Shown here one piece after another: positions 26,895 to 32,000 of a stretch of 32,000 nucleotides of DNA (positions are counted from its first letter, which is position 1; each line of letters starts with the position of its first letter). The notes beneath the pieces are model-generated. The model made no database searches, was not told where the DNA came from, and saw only the letters and a list, made by a program, of their open reading frames with translations. The position numbers and the translations under genes are program-made. This DNA is from Trichodesmium erythraeum IMS101 (lineage in GTDB: Bacteria; Cyanobacteriota; Cyanobacteriia; Cyanobacteriales; Microcoleaceae): contig NC_008312.1 of NCBI RefSeq assembly GCF_000014265.1, forward strand, positions 5,400,001-5,432,000, written 5' to 3'.

Positions 26895-27401
26895 TTAACA
26901 ATTTTTGATTTTACCATTAGGTAAAGTAGCGTCACAAAAATCAGTCTGGTCTAATTTAGCTTCATTAAGATTTGCATTATATAAATTAGCTCCATTTAAC
27001 TTGGCCTGCTTAAGATATGCTTGGTATAAGTCAGCCCAAGATAAGTCAGCATCTCTGAGATTAGCCAGTCGCATAGTTGTACTGTGCATAATTGCACCTG
27101 ATAAATTAGCTCCTGCTAAATTTGCCTCAATTAAATTTGCACTGCTTAAAATTGCTCCTCGCAAGTTAGTATTTTTTAAGTTAGCTTTTTGTAAATTAGC
27201 TCCTAGTAAGTTTGCTTCACTTAAATCAGCTTCGCTTAAGTCAGCTTCCCTCAAATCACAACTAGGACATTCATAAGTAGATAATAAACGCTGAATAGTT
27301 TTGATCCGTTCCATAGAATTAGACTTAGACTGAGCAAATACTGGAATTGTTAACCAAAATACTGTTAATAATGTAGTTGTCAATGGATATACAAATCTCA
27401 T
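26895..27401 (-). CDS. secreted pentapeptide-repeat protein
   Basis: 168 aa. A signal peptide (LLTVFWLTIPVFAQS) is followed by about 20 A(D/N)LxX pentapeptides (ADLSEADLSEANLLGANLQKANLKNTNLRGA...). Confidence 0.9.
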   Translation of the reverse strand: MRFVYPLTTTLLTVFWLTIPVFAQSKSNSMERIKTIQRLLSTYECPSCDLREADLSEADLSEANLLGANLQKANLKNTNLRGAILSSANLIEANLAGANLSGAIMHSTTMRLANLRDADLSWADLYQAYLKQAKLNGANLYNANLNEAKLDQTDFCDATLPNGKIKNC

Positions 27402-27608
27402 ATTTTACTGTTGGGAAAATTAATAAAATTATAATTAGACCTTAAGATTCATTATCATATCATAAAATTTAGATCGAAAAAAAAATTTTTGGTGAAGAAA
27501 AATAATTTGATTCAATTTTTGGAAATTTACAACGGCAGAATATCACTTATACTTTAAAATCGTATTTCTCAGAGTCATTCTGTTAAATGGGACAAGTTAA
27601 GGGTATAG

Positions 27609-28895
<1,287 letters not shown>

Positions 28896-29385
28896 TTGTG
28901 GTTGAGTAGGGTGCGCTGCTGAAGTTAAAAGTTATAGCGAACTTCATCTCACTCAAGTACATTGTTAGGTATCTTCAGAAAAGGTTTTCTTGCCTCTTGC
29001 CTGGCTATTCTAAAATCGGTATTTTTGTAAAGGTCTCTTTGTGGGTAAGATACCTATACTGTAGATATGTTGATAGCAGGCAAGATGCCCGCAAAGAACG
29101 AGGTTTAAACTTTAACAGCTAATTAAAGCTGATTAAAAATATAGTACTATGTATTTAGAGGACGGGCATTGGTAAATCCTGTTGGCGGAGTATTTCCGTA
29201 GTCAAAATTCAGTTAGAGAAATACTTTTGACTTTTCTCCTTGGGGGTTAGTGGGGGTCTGGGGTAGTTGACTTTTCACTTTTGATTTGCATTTAGTGCTA
29301 TACTAAGTTAAATATTGAGATGCTAGCAACTATTTACCTCCTATCCTATCTACCACTTTTACAAAGTTTTGGTTAAGCTAGCTGA

Positions 29386-29550
29386 CTACAACAAAAGATT
29401 AAGTATCAACCAAAAAAAAGTAATGGTTGTGCTGCTTACAGGAATTGATAAATCCCAATAATTATTGTTCATATTGTTGATATAGAAAGCAAAGAAAGAA
29501 GAAATCATAGCACTGATTATTCCTATTTTTATACTTTTTTTTCTAAACAT
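29386..29550 (-). CDS. possible 54-aa membrane micro-ORF divergent from the FGE-domain gene
   Basis: Hand translation gives MFRKKSIKIGIISAMISSFFAFYINNMNNNYWDLSIPVSSTTITFFWLILNLLL. It is below the track cutoff and has no Shine-Dalgarno sequence. The AT-rich background makes chance ORFs of this size plausible. Confidence 0.2.
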   Translation of the reverse strand: MFRKKSIKIGIISAMISSFFAFYINNMNNNYWDLSIPVSSTTITFFWLILNLLL

Positions 29551-29726
29551 ATATTCCAAGTAAAAGCGACAAGAAAAAGCTCGTAAAAGTTACATTTAAA
29601 GTTACTTTACTTCATATTCTGGTTGGGTTAAGGATTATTAGCGGAGCTTATCTGTAGGAGCAACCCAATATTTCTTAAACTGTTTGAGCTTCAAAAAAAT
29701 TCATAATTATCAGAAGGAAAAAAATT

Positions 29727-32000
29727 ATGGCTGTACCTTTACTTCCATTTGTTACTACTACCGGAGCTGCCGTATGGAATAGCTGTGTTAATGCCTTTAA
29801 TTTGGCATTCGGTAGAACTATGCCAAAAAATTTAGAAGGACAACAACTAGCTCATCAAAAAGAATTACAAGAAAAACAAATAGTTGCTCAATTTGAGATT
29901 AAATATATGCGTACTATATCTCAGATTAAGTTACAACACAATCATCCAGAATTTCAACAAAGACTCGAAGTTGCTCGTAAAGAATTTCAAGCTAAAATTG
30001 CTGAGTACCAATACCAAAAAAATCGGCAACTTCAAGATTTTATTAAAATAGTAAATATGCAAATAGCTAATAGTAACAAAGAATTTAAAACCTGGCTATT
30101 TAAACAACAAAAAAAAGTCCAAATTGAACTATCTCAATATAATCGAGAAACCCAATATTTGAACGCAGCATATCAACGGGAAATTGCCCTAGAAATCAAA
30201 GAATTAGAAAACTGGCCGCTCAAAAATTATCCCTGGCAAATACTCCAATATCATCAAGACAGAAATCCTATTCCTATACAAATAATACTTGCACCTCCAG
30301 AGGTAAATTATGATCGTTTTCAGAGTATCAATTCAACTTCTAAACCAGAATTTCCTCAAGTAGAAAAACGTCTTTCTCAATACTTAAAAAACTTCCTACA
30401 AAAATATTATCCTGTAGAAAACCAACAAAGACCAACGGAGCTAATAGACCATGCTTGGGAGAGTAATCGTTTTGCTGGAGGTAGCGCGGTAAAAACTATA
30501 TTTAGTCGGTTAAAGTCGGAACCAATAGTATTAATAGAATCAGAAGTAGATGGAGGATTTATTAATATTCAACTTGCCTATTGGAGTGGTGGGCAAGAAG
30601 TTTCTCCTTTCTACAAAACTATAATTTCTCATTTGCATTATCCGAAAATTATCTATGCATTTGCTATTCAACGTGCCTTACATTGGGAAGCAAATGTTAA
30701 ACAGAAACTCCTGGCACAAGGGGTAAATGAACAAGAAATAGATCAAGAATATGGAGGAGATAATCTGTTAAATTTGCAGATTTACAGAAAATATGAACAA
30801 GACAAACTAGCTGGAATAGAGTTTGAACGTCAATACAAAACTAATCAGGAGGATTTTGACAAGTTATCAGCTTTGTTGGGAGCATATCATAATATTATTG
30901 TTGCTCTATTTACTGATATCCATTACTTAATTCATACTAATTTATCACCTAAATTGCCAGAGTTATTGGCAGAGCTAGAAACAGAGTTTTCGGTGGATAA
31001 ACGTCTGGGAGAAGACTTATTTAAAATGGTGGTTGAAAGTTATATTGGCAGTCTCAGAGCGATGGAACAAGACCGCTCTGAGTTAGTACCAGAATTTGCT
31101 GTTGATATTGCTCTTGGTTTGGCTCGTTTATCTAATCCTATTTGGGCAGAACAAATGTTAGATTTTGCTTTAGAGTCTTGGCTAAATTCCCGCTATCTTT
31201 TCCCTAAGAACGGCAAAGAAAAATTTGATCTAGTTACTGAAAATTTACTACCTCTGGATCAGGAATTTATGACTAAAGTTAATCGCTGCATGGTTGATTT
31301 GGCTGAAGATAAAAAGGAGAGCCTATCTGATAATGTTACTAACAGCATTACTGAAGTTCCTATTCTGGAAATTCCCCCGAAAGCCCTGGAACTTCCTAGC
31401 CAAAAAATTGAAGACTTGGGCAATGGTATTGAGTTGGAAATGATTTATGTTCCTGGGGGAAGTTTTCTAATGGGATCGCCGAAAGATGAAGAGGCAAGAA
31501 ATTCTAATGAAAGTCCACAACATGAAGTAATTCTTCAAGCCTTTTATATGAGTAAATATCCTATTACTCAAAATCAGTATCAAGCTATTATGGGAAATAA
31601 TCCTTCTAGTTTTGAAGGAGAAAGTCGTCCAGTAGAATATGTGAACTGGTATGATGCTACGGAGTTTTGTCAAAAACTATCATCAAAAACTGGGGACGTT
31701 TATGTGCTGCCGAGTGAGAGTCAGTGGGAATATGCCTGTCGTGCTGGTACAGTTACTCCTTTCTATTTTCAAGATACTATAACGTCTGAGTTAGTTAACT
31801 ATAATGCTAACCATCCTTATGGCGATGCTCCTAAAGGAGAATATCGGCAAGAAACAACTGATGTAGGAATTTTTCCACCTAATGCATTTGGTTTATACGA
31901 TATGCACGGCAATATCTCGGAATGGTGTCAGGATGTTTGGCATAATAGTTACAAGGGAGCGCCTATCGACGGAAGTGCTTGGGAAAGTGGGCGAAGCAAT
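29727..32000 (+). CDS. large multidomain protein: short hydrophobic N-terminus, long coiled-coil/unknown region (approx. 560 aa), C-terminal FGE-sulfatase (SUMF1 / C-type-lectin fold) domain; 3' end beyond the window
   Basis: Checked codon by codon, the frame is open from the ATG at 29727 to the window end (>757 aa), so it is absent from the track. The C-terminal part, GIELEMIYVPGGSFLMGSPKDEEARNSNESPQHEVILQAFYMSKYPITQNQY...VNWYDATEFCQKLS...LPSESQWEYACRAGT...GLYDMHGNISEWCQD, is a textbook FGE-sulfatase domain. Confidence 0.85.
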   Translation, partial: MAVPLLPFVTTTGAAVWNSCVNAFNLAFGRTMPKNLEGQQLAHQKELQEKQIVAQFEIKYMRTISQIKLQHNHPEFQQRLEVARKEFQAKIAEYQYQKNRQLQDFIKIVNMQIANSNKEFKTWLFKQQKKVQIELSQYNRETQYLNAAYQREIALEIKELENWPLKNYPWQILQYHQDRNPIPIQIILAPPEVNYDRFQSINSTSKPEFPQVEKRLSQYLKNFLQKYYPVENQQRPTELIDHAWESNRFAGGSAVKTIFSRLKSEPIVLIESEVDGGFINIQLAYWSGGQEVSPFYKTIISHLHYPKIIYAFAIQRALHWEANVKQKLLAQGVNEQEIDQEYGGDNLLNLQIYRKYEQDKLAGIEFERQYKTNQEDFDKLSALLGAYHNIIVALFTDIHYLIHTNLSPKLPELLAELETEFSVDKRLGEDLFKMVVESYIGSLRAMEQDRSELVPEFAVDIALGLARLSNPIWAEQMLDFALESWLNSRYLFPKNGKEKFDLVTENLLPLDQEFMTKVNRCMVDLAEDKKESLSDNVTNSITEVPILEIPPKALELPSQKIEDLGNGIELEMIYVPGGSFLMGSPKDEEARNSNESPQHEVILQAFYMSKYPITQNQYQAIMGNNPSSFEGESRPVEYVNWYDATEFCQKLSSKTGDVYVLPSESQWEYACRAGTVTPFYFQDTITSELVNYNANHPYGDAPKGEYRQETTDVGIFPPNAFGLYDMHGNISEWCQDVWHNSYKGAPIDGSAWESGRSN

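Overview
This is an AT-rich (about one third G+C) cyanobacterial chromosomal segment. The taxonomic call rests on the divergent ndhC-ndhK-ndhJ / rubA-ycf48-psbE-psbF-psbL-psbJ arrangement and on 7 copies of the HIP1 octamer GCGATCGC. Other recognisable housekeeping genes are a radical-SAM protein, an SRPBCC protein, a CsoR/InrS-like metal repressor divergent from an HtrA protease, a pentapeptide-repeat protein and serS. By my own tally of the features below, only about 58-60% of the window is coding. There are four long ORF-free AT-rich tracts and at least three decayed genes: a SemiSWEET-like gene, a dipeptide epimerase and a membrane protein. This is reminiscent of low-coding-density cyanobacteria such as Trichodesmium, but that link is inference only. 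The most interesting locus is a same-strand four-gene cassette at 5705-10586, directly downstream of psbJ. It encodes a small cytoplasmic vWA protein, a PP2C phosphatase, a Ser/Thr kinase with a basic tail, and an uncharacterised zinc-ribbon plus beta-rich protein. The PP2C carries a 14.6 x 57-bp near-perfect tandem repeat that encodes an acidic Thr/Ser-rich tail. The first three genes match the TerY-P (vWA/PP2C/kinase) triad architecture; the repeat tail and the fourth gene are not part of that description. Other items worth a second look are a G+C-rich ORF-less island (about 11285-11840), a compositionally foreign insert carrying a PD-(D/E)xK-like gene (18121-19038) next to a 93-bp tandem duplication, a 143-bp tandem duplication, and a large protein truncated by the window edge with an unknown N-terminal region and a C-terminal FGE-sulfatase (C-type-lectin fold) domain (29727->32000).
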